Shown here piece by piece: positions 39,354-50,022 of a stretch of 64,000 nucleotides of DNA. The DNA is from Candidatus Hermodarchaeota archaeon (lineage in GTDB: Archaea > Asgardarchaeota > Thorarchaeia > Thorarchaeales > Thorarchaeaceae). The stretch's first letter is position 1. Each line of letters opens with the position of its first letter. The stretch lies in the NCBI GenBank assembly GCA_048885865.1, contig JBHLLF010000011.1:18920-82919 (forward strand), read 5' to 3'. Both the position numbers and the translations under genes were made by a program. The notes under the pieces are model-generated. The model was not told the origin of the DNA. It worked only from the letters and a program-made list of their open reading frames with translations, and did not search any database.

Positions 39354-41531
39354 TTACCTTCTCTTCCTCATCATTAGAATGATAGCTCCCGCACCAAGAA
39401 CTGCGACTCCTGCAATTCCAGTTATCAGCAATGTGCCATTTGCTACAGTTGGTTCAGTTGGGGGCGGAGTAGATGTAGGTGGAGAAATGCTCGTTGTTTC
39501 GGTCGTTCCTGAGGTTGTAGTCTCTGTAGTTGTTTCAGAAGGTTTTGGATTCACTATGACAGTCACTTCATCACTAGCTCTGTTGCCTGCTATGTCGAGC
39601 AACTCCAACCGATAGATGTGTGTACCTGGAGAGAGGCCATCCACTGACACCTCTATGACATGGATAGGCAAAGTCCAGTCAGCTGTTTCAATTAAGTCCC
39701 CATTGAGATATACCTGATACGAATATGGATTCCGATCACTAATAGACCAAGATATAGAATTACCAGTGACTCCCTCGTCGTAGGCGAAATCAGTAGGACC
39801 ATCTATTTCTGGAATGATTGTATCTTCAACAGTGATTACAATCTCCGTGAAAATGAAATTCATAGATGGATCGTAGGCCCTGACTTCTACAGGATAGATG
39901 CCCAATGGCAGCACCTCAGTGTCAAGCAAGGTCCCGTCAGCATCTATGGAGAAATGATCAGTATCATTGATCCAATACGTGGAGATTCCATAGAGGTCGA
40001 ATGCCTCTATAACGATCATGACTCGATCTCCTTGCTCTATCGTTTCATCCGCTGGAGGAGTAATCCATTCAGGTGGCGTCGTGTCAACGGAAGTGATTTG
40101 CAATGAATGACTCATTCTCCTTCCATCAGTTGTATTGACGCGAAGAGTGAATTTATACATCCCAGGATCGAGAGAAGGAAGTTCTACATCAATGGATTTC
40201 CCATTCCAAGCTCCTTCCTCAAGAGTGAAGCCGTCTTGCTCTACACTGTAATAATCAGGCCGGACTGCAGAAGCATTCCAAACGATATTGCTTGCGAATC
40301 CAGCCTCAACATTGAAATCGGGAGGATTGCCTGTGGTAAGAATTGGGACTGGATATCGATCAAGGCTCCCTCGATCACCGGTAATGGGATAGGGATCGAA
40401 GTTTGATATGCCGCCCCAGGCATTACCCAAACTGATACCGTCATCCCAATTGTTAGGGAGGGATTTAGTTGCCGGACCGGCGAAGTCATAGGCATTCCCT
40501 CTCAGGTTGTACCCGATATAATTGGCGTAAAGCATGCAATAGGCTGAGTCATAGAAGTATGCCCCAACTCCTTCATTATCGACTATGTCGTTTGCTGTGA
40601 AGTTGTCGTACCACGAGTGAATCACATAGATTGCATTGCTTTTCATAGTACTGATGTTGTTAGATGAAACAGCATTTCTATTGGATGAATCTAGGAAAAT
40701 CCCGTTCTCCCCATCCTGGATGACATTATGGAGAATCGAGGAGTTAAGCGTGAATTTGGTGTAGATATTAGTTCGCACATTGACGATTGAATTGGAAGAA
40801 ATGCTCAATCGTTCGCAAGAGTATAGGGAAATTCCGCTGCTAGCACTCTCAATCACATTTGCAACTATCTTCGTGTCTGTACATGTATCCGCGATGATGC
40901 CGCTTGTGATGATTTCAATATCATTGCCAATTAGAGTTGTAGAATCAATTTTGTATGCATAGACTCCGTAGTCAAATTCGGAAATTACACATCCACTTAT
41001 GCTTGAAGAAGAAACCTTCTCAAGACGAACTCCTCCCTTTCCCTTTGTTATCTGACAGGAACTGATATTCACATTCTGAACTTTTAGCAAACTGATCCCT
41101 GTAGCCATTCCGCCCACGATGCTGCCCTCTACCACTCCATTGCTGACTCGTTCAATCTCTATTCCCTTGCCATCTACAACAGCATCCCTATTCTCAAGAA
41201 GACAGTTCCTTATGACGAAATAAGATAGGGTGCCTACAATTTTGATACAGTAGATATTGGACTGGATATGAAGTCCTTCAATAATGAATGGCTTGTCCTT
41301 TGTTCCCTCTCCAGGCCAATCCTTGCTGAAATCATCATCAGAGCCAATGTAAATGGGGCTGTGAGGAACGTATCCCGCCGATATTGAGGCAGCGTCAGAA
41401 TAGGCTGGGAAGTCTGCATGAGTGAGTGGTGCGTTATTCTCTGTATGGACGGAGAGAATTAAAAGAACAAGAACAAAGCTGAATGCAGAAATCGACCTCA
41501 GATTGAACACACGACACCTCTCCATGTCCAT
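39354..41531 (-). CDS. NosD/beta-helix surface protein with Ig-like repeats and a TM anchor
   Basis: WPGEGT...PFIIEG, beta-helix, WDDG.S.GN.W, GDRGSLDRYP, Thr/Pro linker, TM, RKRR. Confidence 0.85.
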   Translation of the reverse strand: MDMERCRVFNLRSISAFSFVLVLLILSVHTENNAPLTHADFPAYSDAASISAGYVPHSPIYIGSDDDFSKDWPGEGTKDKPFIIEGLHIQSNIYCIKIVGTLSYFVIRNCLLENRDAVVDGKGIEIERVSNGVVEGSIVGGMATGISLLKVQNVNISSCQITKGKGGVRLEKVSSSSISGCVISEFDYGVYAYKIDSTTLIGNDIEIITSGIIADTCTDTKIVANVIESASSGISLYSCERLSISSNSIVNVRTNIYTKFTLNSSILHNVIQDGENGIFLDSSNRNAVSSNNISTMKSNAIYVIHSWYDNFTANDIVDNEGVGAYFYDSAYCMLYANYIGYNLRGNAYDFAGPATKSLPNNWDDGISLGNAWGGISNFDPYPITGDRGSLDRYPVPILTTGNPPDFNVEAGFASNIVWNASAVRPDYYSVEQDGFTLEEGAWNGKSIDVELPSLDPGMYKFTLRVNTTDGRRMSHSLQITSVDTTPPEWITPPADETIEQGDRVMIVIEAFDLYGISTYWINDTDHFSIDADGTLLDTEVLPLGIYPVEVRAYDPSMNFIFTEIVITVEDTIIPEIDGPTDFAYDEGVTGNSISWSISDRNPYSYQVYLNGDLIETADWTLPIHVIEVSVDGLSPGTHIYRLELLDIAGNRASDEVTVIVNPKPSETTTETTTSGTTETTSISPPTSTPPPTEPTVANGTLLITGIAGVAVLGAGAIILMMRKRR

Positions 41532-41745
41532 GTCACCCAGCTAAACAAAGGACTCGAAGGCGAGGGCGTGCATTCCTATTCAAGTATGATATGATATAGG
41601 ATACATAAGCTTCTTAGTAAAATCAATCGTATATTAAACAGAAAGCTTCGTCGATTTTTCGAAGACTCTGTGCACCTGTTGTGACTTATGGTGAATTAAC
41701 TCTACAGACAATAATCATCTCTGGTAATTATTCTCGCTGCATGAG

Positions 41746-43344
41746 CTATGCAACTTCACGCTTCTTCCCAATGACAAAGAGAATCGCAAAACCTAGGGCG
41801 GTTGGGATTCCGATGCCAGTTGCCACTACTACAGGTTCAATATATGGGCCTGCCATGGAACCATCTGCGGGAGGAGTACCAGCGACATCAGTCTTGGGCT
41901 TCGGAATTGGAGTGGTAGTTGGAACAGGAGTCTTACCTTCTACAGTGACTTTGACTGAAGCGGATGCCGAGTTGCCACCAAGATCGTACACGTCCATTCG
42001 GTATATGTATTCACCTGCAGAGAGACCATCAATGGATATTACTACCGTATCAGAGTTTTCAGGCCAATCAAAGGATTCAACTGGTGCACCATCGACATAG
42101 ATTGTATATGATTTGAGATTGATATCAAAGGCCGACCACTCAAGTGACTTGCCAGTGTCCCCTTCCTTGTATGTCACATCTTCTGGACCAACTATCTCTG
42201 GACTGATGGTGTCTTGTACAGTGACTGTGAAAGTAGCAGAGCAGAAATTATTGAATGGGTCATAGGCACGAACTTCAACAGTGTATTCTCCAAAGGCCAG
42301 CGGCTGATTGCATGTGATGTTTGCCTTGTAATCAACGCTGGAATCAATAAACTCAATGCTGAAGAGATCAGTATCGTCTATCCAATAGGTTGAGATACCA
42401 CTGTCATCGTCTGCTTCGACAACCATCTTGAATGTGTCGCCGCATTCTATTGTCTGCTCTATCGGAGCTGTGATCCACTCCGGTGCAACGGTATCAGGAT
42501 CTGAACCAATTGGGTATCGGTCAACACTTCCTCTATCACCAGAAATGGGATACACTCCTATGCCCTCATAGTCATCCCAATCGTTTCCAAGGCTTACATC
42601 ATCATCCCATAGGTTTGAGTAGGTTGCCGAATGGTCACCAATGGCATCTCTTGCATTTACCCACATGTTGGACTCAAAGTAGTTGCCAAACAAAGTGCAA
42701 GAGCCGGAGTCATAGAGAAAGACACCTATTCCGTCATTATTGGCTATCGTGTTGTAGGTCACAGTGCAATCAAATGAGAAAGCGAGGAAAAGAGCGCACC
42801 ATTTAGAGTCAGTGATCTCATTATTCATGATCAGTATCGATGAGGAGTGTTTGATTTGGATACCAATTCTCACAGAGCTGATTTCATTTCCCTGTATCAC
42901 AATGTTTTCAGATTTATGAATTCCAAAACCACGATTCACATCAGAAAAGGCACAGTCCTCAATAACTCCATTCTCGACATTAGCAAGGTAAATACCAGTG
43001 CTGCCCCATCCATTGCTTCTACCTTCAAAGATAGAATCTCTGATTATGAAATGAGCAGTTGTGCCCCGGATTCTGATCCCGAATCCTCTAATTTCAAGTT
43101 GAAGCCCCTCTATGATGAATGGTTCATCTTCGGTTCCTTCGCCGCGAAAATCATATTTACGGAAGTCCTCATTTGATTTGATGTAGATCCCTTTATTTTT
43201 GCAGTCTGGCGAAACTCCTCCATCCACGGAGGTGGGATTCACAAATACTGGAAATACAAGCAGTACTAGAAACAGACTAGCAGCTATCACAAACCTTCTG
43301 CGGAAGACCTGCATCCTCATCATGGGACTCCCATCCGGTACCAA
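41746..43344 (-). CDS. NosD/beta-helix surface protein, tandem paralog of 39354-41531
   Basis: GEGT...PFIIEG, GDRGSVDRYP, PEWIT.P, EVRAYDP, TM anchor. Confidence 0.85.
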   Translation of the reverse strand: MVPDGSPMMRMQVFRRRFVIAASLFLVLLVFPVFVNPTSVDGGVSPDCKNKGIYIKSNEDFRKYDFRGEGTEDEPFIIEGLQLEIRGFGIRIRGTTAHFIIRDSIFEGRSNGWGSTGIYLANVENGVIEDCAFSDVNRGFGIHKSENIVIQGNEISSVRIGIQIKHSSSILIMNNEITDSKWCALFLAFSFDCTVTYNTIANNDGIGVFLYDSGSCTLFGNYFESNMWVNARDAIGDHSATYSNLWDDDVSLGNDWDDYEGIGVYPISGDRGSVDRYPIGSDPDTVAPEWITAPIEQTIECGDTFKMVVEADDDSGISTYWIDDTDLFSIEFIDSSVDYKANITCNQPLAFGEYTVEVRAYDPFNNFCSATFTVTVQDTISPEIVGPEDVTYKEGDTGKSLEWSAFDINLKSYTIYVDGAPVESFDWPENSDTVVISIDGLSAGEYIYRMDVYDLGGNSASASVKVTVEGKTPVPTTTPIPKPKTDVAGTPPADGSMAGPYIEPVVVATGIGIPTALGFAILFVIGKKREVA

Positions 43345-43543
43345 TCATACCTATGCTCAAATACTGATTGGTATCCTATAATATCTATCAATATTCATTC
43401 ATAAACCATATAGTAAAAGCCTCCCATATGAAAAACCGTCACAAGGCACCAATAAATCGACAGGGCTGACTGAATAACTGCACATAATTTTCAAACTGAG
43501 CTACTTTGTCAGCCGCGTCTAGTTGAGGGACTCCAATTGATTT

Positions 43544-44608
43544 CTATTTCTCATAGAAGTACTTGCCACTCTTGTAGATGATCTCGTCGCCTGCGATGAT
43601 CTCGCCTTCTTTCATGGTCTTGATCATGTCGACATGTACAGCACTTTCATTTGTACCGTTACAATCCTCGTATGCTCTCCCAAGAGCACAATGAATAGTG
43701 TCACCTATCTTCTCATCAAAGAGCATGTTCAATGTATGTTGTGTAATTCCCCGGTTTGTGCCTATCGCCATCTCGCCTAGCCTCTTCGAGCCTTCATCAA
43801 TCTCAATGATAGCTTTCAACGTGGCTTCCTCTTTCTCAGCAGAGAAATCAACAACATCGCCTTTCTCAAATGTGAGTCGCACACCCTCGATGACCTTTCC
43901 TTGCTGAAGGAACGGAATGTCGAAGTATATCTTGCCCTCAACTGTGTCTTCTACTGGCGCAGTGAACACCTCACCCGATGGCATGTTGTGTTTGCCATCA
44001 GAAGCAATCCAGATTCGACCCTCGGTCGACGCATAAAGGTCGGTTTCAGGCCCCACAAATCTGATATCACTATGGCGTTCAAGATGCTCTTTCATAACGT
44101 ACATATTCTTCGACTCTGACTCCCAATTAATGAGAGTAGCTCTATAGACAAAGTCTTTGTACTCCTCCAGACTCATGCTTGCTTGTTGTGCTAGAGTCAA
44201 GCAGGGGTGAACTGTCAAACACCACTTCTTTTTCAAGTATAATGCCGTGATTTCTTGTTGGGTCACCTGGTTCAACATAATTCGATTAGGATCAACATTC
44301 GCTAGAGCTTTGGTGTTCATGGGAGCTCGTGCTACAATTAGTACATCAAGACTCTCGATTAAAGCCTTATAGTGCCTTGGGAATAATTGCAGTGTTTCAT
44401 CACTTGCACCATCATAGAAGGCTCGCGCTGCCTCATCACTATCCATTAAATTGATCACTCGGCCGCCAGCTTTGGCAACCTCTCTATTCAAAGCGACCAC
44501 CAAATCATGTGAGAGAGGGCTGCCTATGATTCCAACCATATCACCTGGCTGGATATCGGTGCTCCATTTCACCAAGATCTTTGCATGTTCAACAATTCGT
44601 GGGTCCAT
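43544..44608 (-). CDS. Aminopeptidase, peptidase M29 (AmpS/aminopeptidase T)
   Basis: NMPSGEVFTAP, LGEMAIG, LFDEKI..T.H.ALG, SAVHVD. Confidence 0.95.
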   Translation of the reverse strand: MDPRIVEHAKILVKWSTDIQPGDMVGIIGSPLSHDLVVALNREVAKAGGRVINLMDSDEAARAFYDGASDETLQLFPRHYKALIESLDVLIVARAPMNTKALANVDPNRIMLNQVTQQEITALYLKKKWCLTVHPCLTLAQQASMSLEEYKDFVYRATLINWESESKNMYVMKEHLERHSDIRFVGPETDLYASTEGRIWIASDGKHNMPSGEVFTAPVEDTVEGKIYFDIPFLQQGKVIEGVRLTFEKGDVVDFSAEKEEATLKAIIEIDEGSKRLGEMAIGTNRGITQHTLNMLFDEKIGDTIHCALGRAYEDCNGTNESAVHVDMIKTMKEGEIIAGDEIIYKSGKYFYEK

Positions 44609-44713
44609 ATTCTATCTACCAGCGGTAGCGCCCGGACAACATAATCATATAGCTTTTGACTGAGGCCATCATTAGATAGCTAAAAATAAAACTCGCCATC
44701 ACTTCGTCTATTC

Positions 44714-45184
44714 ATGAAAGAGAAACTTGGAAAGGCCCTCGCAGCAGGGCTATATGGCAAAGGAACTCACGCAGAATCTCTGAAGATTGTTGATGGCATT
44801 TCGGATGAGCACGCAAAGAAACGGATAACGCAGAATGTCCATTCCTCTTGGGAGCAGCTATTCCACATTGTCTTCTGGCAGGATCTTTGCATAAAGGCTG
44901 CTCGATTGGAGAGAGTTGAATGGCCCAAAGATGGTGAGCCAAGTTGGCCAACTGAATCCGCATCAGTTACTTGGGAAGAATTGGTCAGCCGCTTCAAGTC
45001 AGGTCTTGAAGAAGCAAGGACACTATCCCTGGAAAGTGACCTAGCTGCCCCCATGGCCTCATGGGCGGACTTCCCTGTTCTCTCCTCTCTTATTATCTTG
45101 GCCCAGCATAATTCATATCACCTGGGACAAATCGTTGTGAATCGATTGGCACAGGGAACATGGCCAATGATAAAAGAAGAATGA
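44714..45184 (+). CDS. DinB/YfiT-like protein
   Basis: HSSWEQLFHI.FW, QHNSYHLGQI. Confidence 0.9.
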   Translation: MKEKLGKALAAGLYGKGTHAESLKIVDGISDEHAKKRITQNVHSSWEQLFHIVFWQDLCIKAARLERVEWPKDGEPSWPTESASVTWEELVSRFKSGLEEARTLSLESDLAAPMASWADFPVLSSLIILAQHNSYHLGQIVVNRLAQGTWPMIKEE

Positions 45185-45188
45185 ATTC

Positions 45189-47564
45189 TCACTCACTCCG
45201 GTAGACCTTCACCAATACAGAGTTGAATCCCGGAGTGTGTCCGAACGCGGAATGCTTGTCATCTGTAAGAACGTTGACGTTACCATCTCGCTCCCACCAT
45301 CCATCACTTGACCATATGAGCCTCGGATCAATTTTGTCCGTTACTTCTAGCTTGACTTCATCTACTCGTCCATGCATAGACTCAACAGTGACTCGATCTC
45401 CATGTGTCAATCCCAATGATGTTGCTGTTTCAGGATGCATCCTGATATAGGTACGCCGAACAGGGACTTCCTGCATACTGGGCATCCTGATTGGCTCTTT
45501 CACCACATCATATGGACAGACATCAAGATTGCATTCTCTACAGCCAATGCATTTCTCGTCATCCCACACTGGTACTAGGAGCCCGGTGATGTCCTCCGGA
45601 ACCGAGATTTCTTTGTCTGATAGATGGACTGCAAGCCCGCTAACAAGAGAGCTAAGTTCCTCTCTCAGTCTCGCCTTTGGTCTAGGTTGAACTTCTTGGT
45701 TCAGGCGAATCTGCTGTGGGCTTGGCCGAGCTAGGGCTATGGCGTCATCTGGACATTTTTTGATGCATTCCTGACAAGTTGTGCAATGGGCGAAGCTTTT
45801 CACCTCTGCACCTAGTTCCGCTGTAGTGTATTGTGAATGGAGTCGTTCTCTCAGACGGCCAGTTATCATGATTAGAGGATATTCCTCAAAGACTTCAGCA
45901 GCGGACAGAGGACTCTCAGCAGGTTCTTCATGGAACGGGAGTGGATCATAACCGAGTGCCTCCAGTTCAGTTGAGAAAAGCTCTATCTTCTTTGTAGGTG
46001 TGTTGAAGATGAAATCAGAGAATGGAATAGCGGGAGATTTCGTTCGAATTCCTTCTGGATTCTTTATAAGATCTTCAAGAATGATGTGTTTACACTCATC
46101 AGAGTCCAGGGCTAGTTTCATGACGTCCCTTGGTGTCAATCTGAAGTGTTCATCCGTGCCCAACCGTTCGGCAAGTCCCTTCCAGATATCAAACTCATCT
46201 CGAGCTTCACCGTCCGGGTCCACGATTTTAGGCGCGAACTGTACAATCCTATGTAGTTCGCTATGAACGAGGTTGTCATGCTCAAAAATGAAGGTCGCCG
46301 GTAATACAATCTCGCATAGACGGGCGGTGTCTGTCATCTCTAAGTCAATACATACTTTGAAGGGAATTCTCTGAAGTGCCTCTCTTGCCTTATTGGTGTT
46401 TGGCCACTGAGTCATGGGGCTTGCGGCCTGGATGACCAATATGTCCAACGGGCTTTCATCATAGCTGAGTACATATTCCGGAATGTATGTGCCAGAGGGC
46501 ACCACAGGCTGAACTGAAGAGTCCAACAAGTGTTCAAGGGCTATAGCACTGCTGTTGAAAGGGCTATTATCTGAAGACAGATACTGAAATCCCCCTCCTG
46601 AAACACCAAGATATCCACAGATGGCAAGTAGGCTATGCACGGCTCTAGCTGCCCATGTGCCATTGGTGTAGTGATTCATCCCGGCGGGGGCTGTCATTAT
46701 TAGGGCTGGACCATGTGTGGCAAAGGTAACTGCGATTTCCTGAATGGTGTTCTCATCCACCCATGTGATACCACTGACCGTTTTTCTATCGTATGATGCA
46801 ATACGTTCCTTGAACTCATCGAATCCGTGGACATAAGCCTCGACATATTCCTTATCGTAGAGGCTACGCGTTATGATCTCATTTGCAATGCCAAGTGCGA
46901 GGGCGCCATCAGTCCCTGGCCTAATGGTAGTGTGGATGTCAGCAATCTCGGCATGTGGAGTCTTCCTTGGGTCGATTACAATGAGCTTGGCTCCATTGTC
47001 TATTGCCTCTTGGATGACTCGTTTCGAATGGACACTCGACTCGAATTTGTTGGTGCCCCAAATGACAATACATTTCGAGTTGGCCCAGTCACTCAGTTCA
47101 TGAGGAGGAAATGAACCAACATTGAATCGGGCTCCTTCATAAGCTCCCTCAAAGCATATCTCCACAATCCCAGGAATCATTCGACAACCAAATGCGTTTG
47201 AGAAGCGTGATGCATATCTTGGAGCCATGCCGTCATTTCCTGAGCCCGAGTAAATCCCAACTGCTTGAGGTCCCTTTGTCTTCTTTGCAGCACGCATCCT
47301 CTCAGCAATCTCATCCAAAGCTTCATCCCATGCTATCCGCTCGAAGGTGCCATCATCTTGCCTTCGAAGTGGATGCTTTAATCGGTCTTCAGAGTACATC
47401 CTCAGGAGATGAGCATACCCCTTTGGACAGCATCTTCCAAGCGTATAGGGATGATTGGGGTCTCCTCTTAGTCTAGTGATTCTCCCATCGACAACTTCTA
47501 CAATATAGGCACATATGTCCGGGCAATTGAGGGCACAGGCAGAGTAATACTCGACGGGTTCCAT
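45189..47564 (-). CDS. DMSO-reductase-family Mo/W-bisPGD oxidoreductase with an inserted 2[4Fe-4S] ferredoxin
   Basis: N-terminal CALNCPDIC...C.KG; RL..PL, WDEALD, VIDPR, PGTDGAL, LPAT..E, KIEL.S, YPL..IT; two CxxCxxC..CP motifs; GGTGAGG RBS before ATG 47564. Confidence 0.92.
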   Translation of the reverse strand: MEPVEYYSACALNCPDICAYIVEVVDGRITRLRGDPNHPYTLGRCCPKGYAHLLRMYSEDRLKHPLRRQDDGTFERIAWDEALDEIAERMRAAKKTKGPQAVGIYSGSGNDGMAPRYASRFSNAFGCRMIPGIVEICFEGAYEGARFNVGSFPPHELSDWANSKCIVIWGTNKFESSVHSKRVIQEAIDNGAKLIVIDPRKTPHAEIADIHTTIRPGTDGALALGIANEIITRSLYDKEYVEAYVHGFDEFKERIASYDRKTVSGITWVDENTIQEIAVTFATHGPALIMTAPAGMNHYTNGTWAARAVHSLLAICGYLGVSGGGFQYLSSDNSPFNSSAIALEHLLDSSVQPVVPSGTYIPEYVLSYDESPLDILVIQAASPMTQWPNTNKAREALQRIPFKVCIDLEMTDTARLCEIVLPATFIFEHDNLVHSELHRIVQFAPKIVDPDGEARDEFDIWKGLAERLGTDEHFRLTPRDVMKLALDSDECKHIILEDLIKNPEGIRTKSPAIPFSDFIFNTPTKKIELFSTELEALGYDPLPFHEEPAESPLSAAEVFEEYPLIMITGRLRERLHSQYTTAELGAEVKSFAHCTTCQECIKKCPDDAIALARPSPQQIRLNQEVQPRPKARLREELSSLVSGLAVHLSDKEISVPEDITGLLVPVWDDEKCIGCRECNLDVCPYDVVKEPIRMPSMQEVPVRRTYIRMHPETATSLGLTHGDRVTVESMHGRVDEVKLEVTDKIDPRLIWSSDGWWERDGNVNVLTDDKHSAFGHTPGFNSVLVKVYRSE

Positions 47565-47737
47565 AATTGTCCTCACCGTCACTCGAAGAGAGTCAATAAC
47601 TCTTACTGTTGAGCAAGCATTCTCTGAAACTTGGGGAATAGATGCTACTCTCAAACCTGCTTCATCAAGTGCAAACAAGAAGAGGTCCACAGAATGGTCT
47701 ATAAGCCAACTCACGAGGAGAAATGCCTCTCTATTGG

Positions 47738-47989
47738 CTATAGCAAATAAACGGTATCCTTTTCTCTGACTCTGTCCTTGACCTTGATTGCAATCTCCTG
47801 TCCCTTGATACCCTCGCTAATGTCTTTCCTATCAACCTGCATGGATGCAATCTCTTGTTCGAAACTAGTAGTAGTCCCTTCGATACTGATTTTATCGCCT
47901 ACTTTCAAAGTGTCCTCCAACATAATTGCAGCCACACCGATCTTGTGGAAATATCGTGTAATCACACCAATCTGTTTCTTCTCGCCCAT
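47738..47989 (-). CDS. Small EF-Tu domain-II-like beta-barrel protein
   Basis: IG.IT.YF.KIGVAAI, LKVGD.I, SMQVD, G.EIAIK...VRE.D.VY. Confidence 0.8.
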   Translation of the reverse strand: MGEKKQIGVITRYFHKIGVAAIMLEDTLKVGDKISIEGTTTSFEQEIASMQVDRKDISEGIKGQEIAIKVKDRVREKDTVYLL

Positions 47990-48106
47990 TAACGCGACCT
48001 CTACTAGCAATCACCATCGAGCTTGAAAAATTCTTTGTCGAGGGGGGATACGTAATCGAAACCATTAAGTTATTAGACTTGAATATCTGATAATAGGTTA
48101 CTAGTT

Positions 48107-48853
48107 GTGAATAGTGACGACAAAGCCGCGCGGTTCAAGGCATATGATGATGCCATCTCAAATTTGGGAAAATCAGGCCAATCGCTATTTGTCGTCGACA
48201 GTGATGATGAGTTTGATACATTTCGCCGAGACTTCGACGAATTCCTTAGAGAGAAGAAGCTCATAAGAGAAGATAGCTCGAATCGACCTTATCACATTGT
48301 ACGGATAGGATATGACGGAGATCTGCTGGATGACATGTTCAGGCTTGTGGTTTCCGATGCATCCACCAACTTCGAGCCAGCATTGTTGGACCCAAGTAGT
48401 CTGTTTTCAAAGCAATCGATCTTCGAACATCTCTATCACTCCATCACCACGGACAAATTCATTGTCTTCCATATCACTGAGTTTCCACTTGCCTACTACT
48501 TCGAAACAGCAGTTGTTGTAGATGTGGATGAGTTATCTGATGTAATGGATTCGAGAGTCCATGATGACACAATAATGCGATACTTGAAGGATTTAAAGGA
48601 GCAAGGAACTGAGGAGCACCGCAAGACGTACAGCTTCTTCTATAAAATTAGCACTTCACTCCTGATGGAGCTATCGAATGTTTTTCTTGTAGCGACAAGT
48701 CAAGGACTGAATAAGCACATAGTTGTGGCGAGTTGGCGAACTCAGACTCTACTACTCGGATTCAGTCCACTTACTTGGTCATCGGGCTCCTTCAGAATCA
48801 ATAACTTCAGTGGGCAGGATATCAGCGATGATTGGGGGTTCCCCTCACTGTAA
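48107..48853 (+). CDS. Hypothetical protein
   Basis: 248-aa ORF filling the gap; no motif recognised. Confidence 0.6.
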   Translation: MNSDDKAARFKAYDDAISNLGKSGQSLFVVDSDDEFDTFRRDFDEFLREKKLIREDSSNRPYHIVRIGYDGDLLDDMFRLVVSDASTNFEPALLDPSSLFSKQSIFEHLYHSITTDKFIVFHITEFPLAYYFETAVVVDVDELSDVMDSRVHDDTIMRYLKDLKEQGTEEHRKTYSFFYKISTSLLMELSNVFLVATSQGLNKHIVVASWRTQTLLLGFSPLTWSSGSFRINNFSGQDISDDWGFPSL

Positions 48854-48854
48854 G

Positions 48855-49730
48855 CTAGGTTACAACCATAATGTCATCATCGCTTTTTGCACCTATCTCA
48901 ATCTCAGCGGCATGACGTATCTGAGGCAAATCCCAGACATCACCATCCAGTCGGTTCTTTGCCCCATAACTCTTCAATACCCGTACGCCTTCCACATCGA
49001 TTGAAACCATGTCACCGCTAGCTAGGATGAGATTAGGCGATTCAACATGTCCGTTTGCTGGGCCTCCTGTCACGAAGACTTTTCGCGCGTCCATCAAAAT
49101 AAGGTCAGGTTTGAAGAAAGAAGCCAAATCCGCAATCTTCGTTTCCAATCTTCTGGCGTGCATCTTAAGGCGATCTTTAGTCGCGACCCATCCTACAAAT
49201 GACTTCATAGTAGCAGTGAATCTGGCAAACCTATGAGTCTTTAGGCATGGAACGACCACGAGCTTGTCACCCTCTAGAGCTGGCTCTCCAATTGAACCAC
49301 TCTTCATATGCTTCCCCTTGGGGAACTTTCTCTTCACCCAATCGTGCTCATCGAGGTAGACCAGCTCGATTCCGAGGTCTCCAACCATGCTGCACAGTCC
49401 AATATCATCTGCCACGTCGCATGTCTTCAAAGCAAACATCGAGCTATCCACTATTCGCAATTTGGATGCTCCTGCTTCAAGGAGCAACTCACCAACTGCG
49501 CGTAGAAACTCAGGATCGCTTGAAGCGGGAAAAGGGTCAGCGGTATTCAGATTTGGCTTGATTGTTACTATGTCACCAGATTCTATGACTTTCTCAAAAC
49601 CTCCAATCAAGTCAACTGCTCTCAAAATCGACGCCTTGAGGTCATTGGTGGCTACAACCTTGCTAACCTTGAATCTATTATTCTCCGAAAATGGAGTCGA
49701 AATTATCGATGTGCTTTCCGAGCCATTCAT
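48855..49730 (-). CDS. DUF362 domain protein
   Basis: IKPNL, P.LKTH..FT...K..VG, PDL.LMDA, GGP..G, D.V.ID. Confidence 0.9.
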   Translation of the reverse strand: MNGSESTSIISTPFSENNRFKVSKVVATNDLKASILRAVDLIGGFEKVIESGDIVTIKPNLNTADPFPASSDPEFLRAVGELLLEAGASKLRIVDSSMFALKTCDVADDIGLCSMVGDLGIELVYLDEHDWVKRKFPKGKHMKSGSIGEPALEGDKLVVVPCLKTHRFARFTATMKSFVGWVATKDRLKMHARRLETKIADLASFFKPDLILMDARKVFVTGGPANGHVESPNLILASGDMVSIDVEGVRVLKSYGAKNRLDGDVWDLPQIRHAAEIEIGAKSDDDIMVVT

Positions 49731-50022
49731 GAATTAGTGACAATCTCTCAGCCTAATTAGATTACTCTTATAGTCCTCTGCGGATAGGTGGGTGCACGTT
49801 ATCAGCCTCCGAAACATTGCCCACCCATCTAGGAATGGCCAATTCATTGAGGACGCAAAAAAAGAACGCACTGAAATTGCATCTCGACAGAGACGAACTG
49901 ACTTCACTGCAAATGGTCTATATTGTCCTGCAAATGGAAATTCAGCCTTGAAGTGCACGGCCGTACACCTCAAGGCTCATATTCTATTGCATTCCATAGA
50001 TTGCTGTCTAAGGTTGTGCGTC

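Noticed and set aside
45189-47564. Selenocysteine-containing formate dehydrogenase
   Set aside because: No in-frame TGA and no FDH C/U-H motif
49792-50022. Long N-terminal extensions in the ORF track (also at 218, 7654, 12908, 19854, 47714, 54190)
   Set aside because: They run through promoter or intergenic DNA; downstream starts with an RBS or family-typical N-terminus fit better
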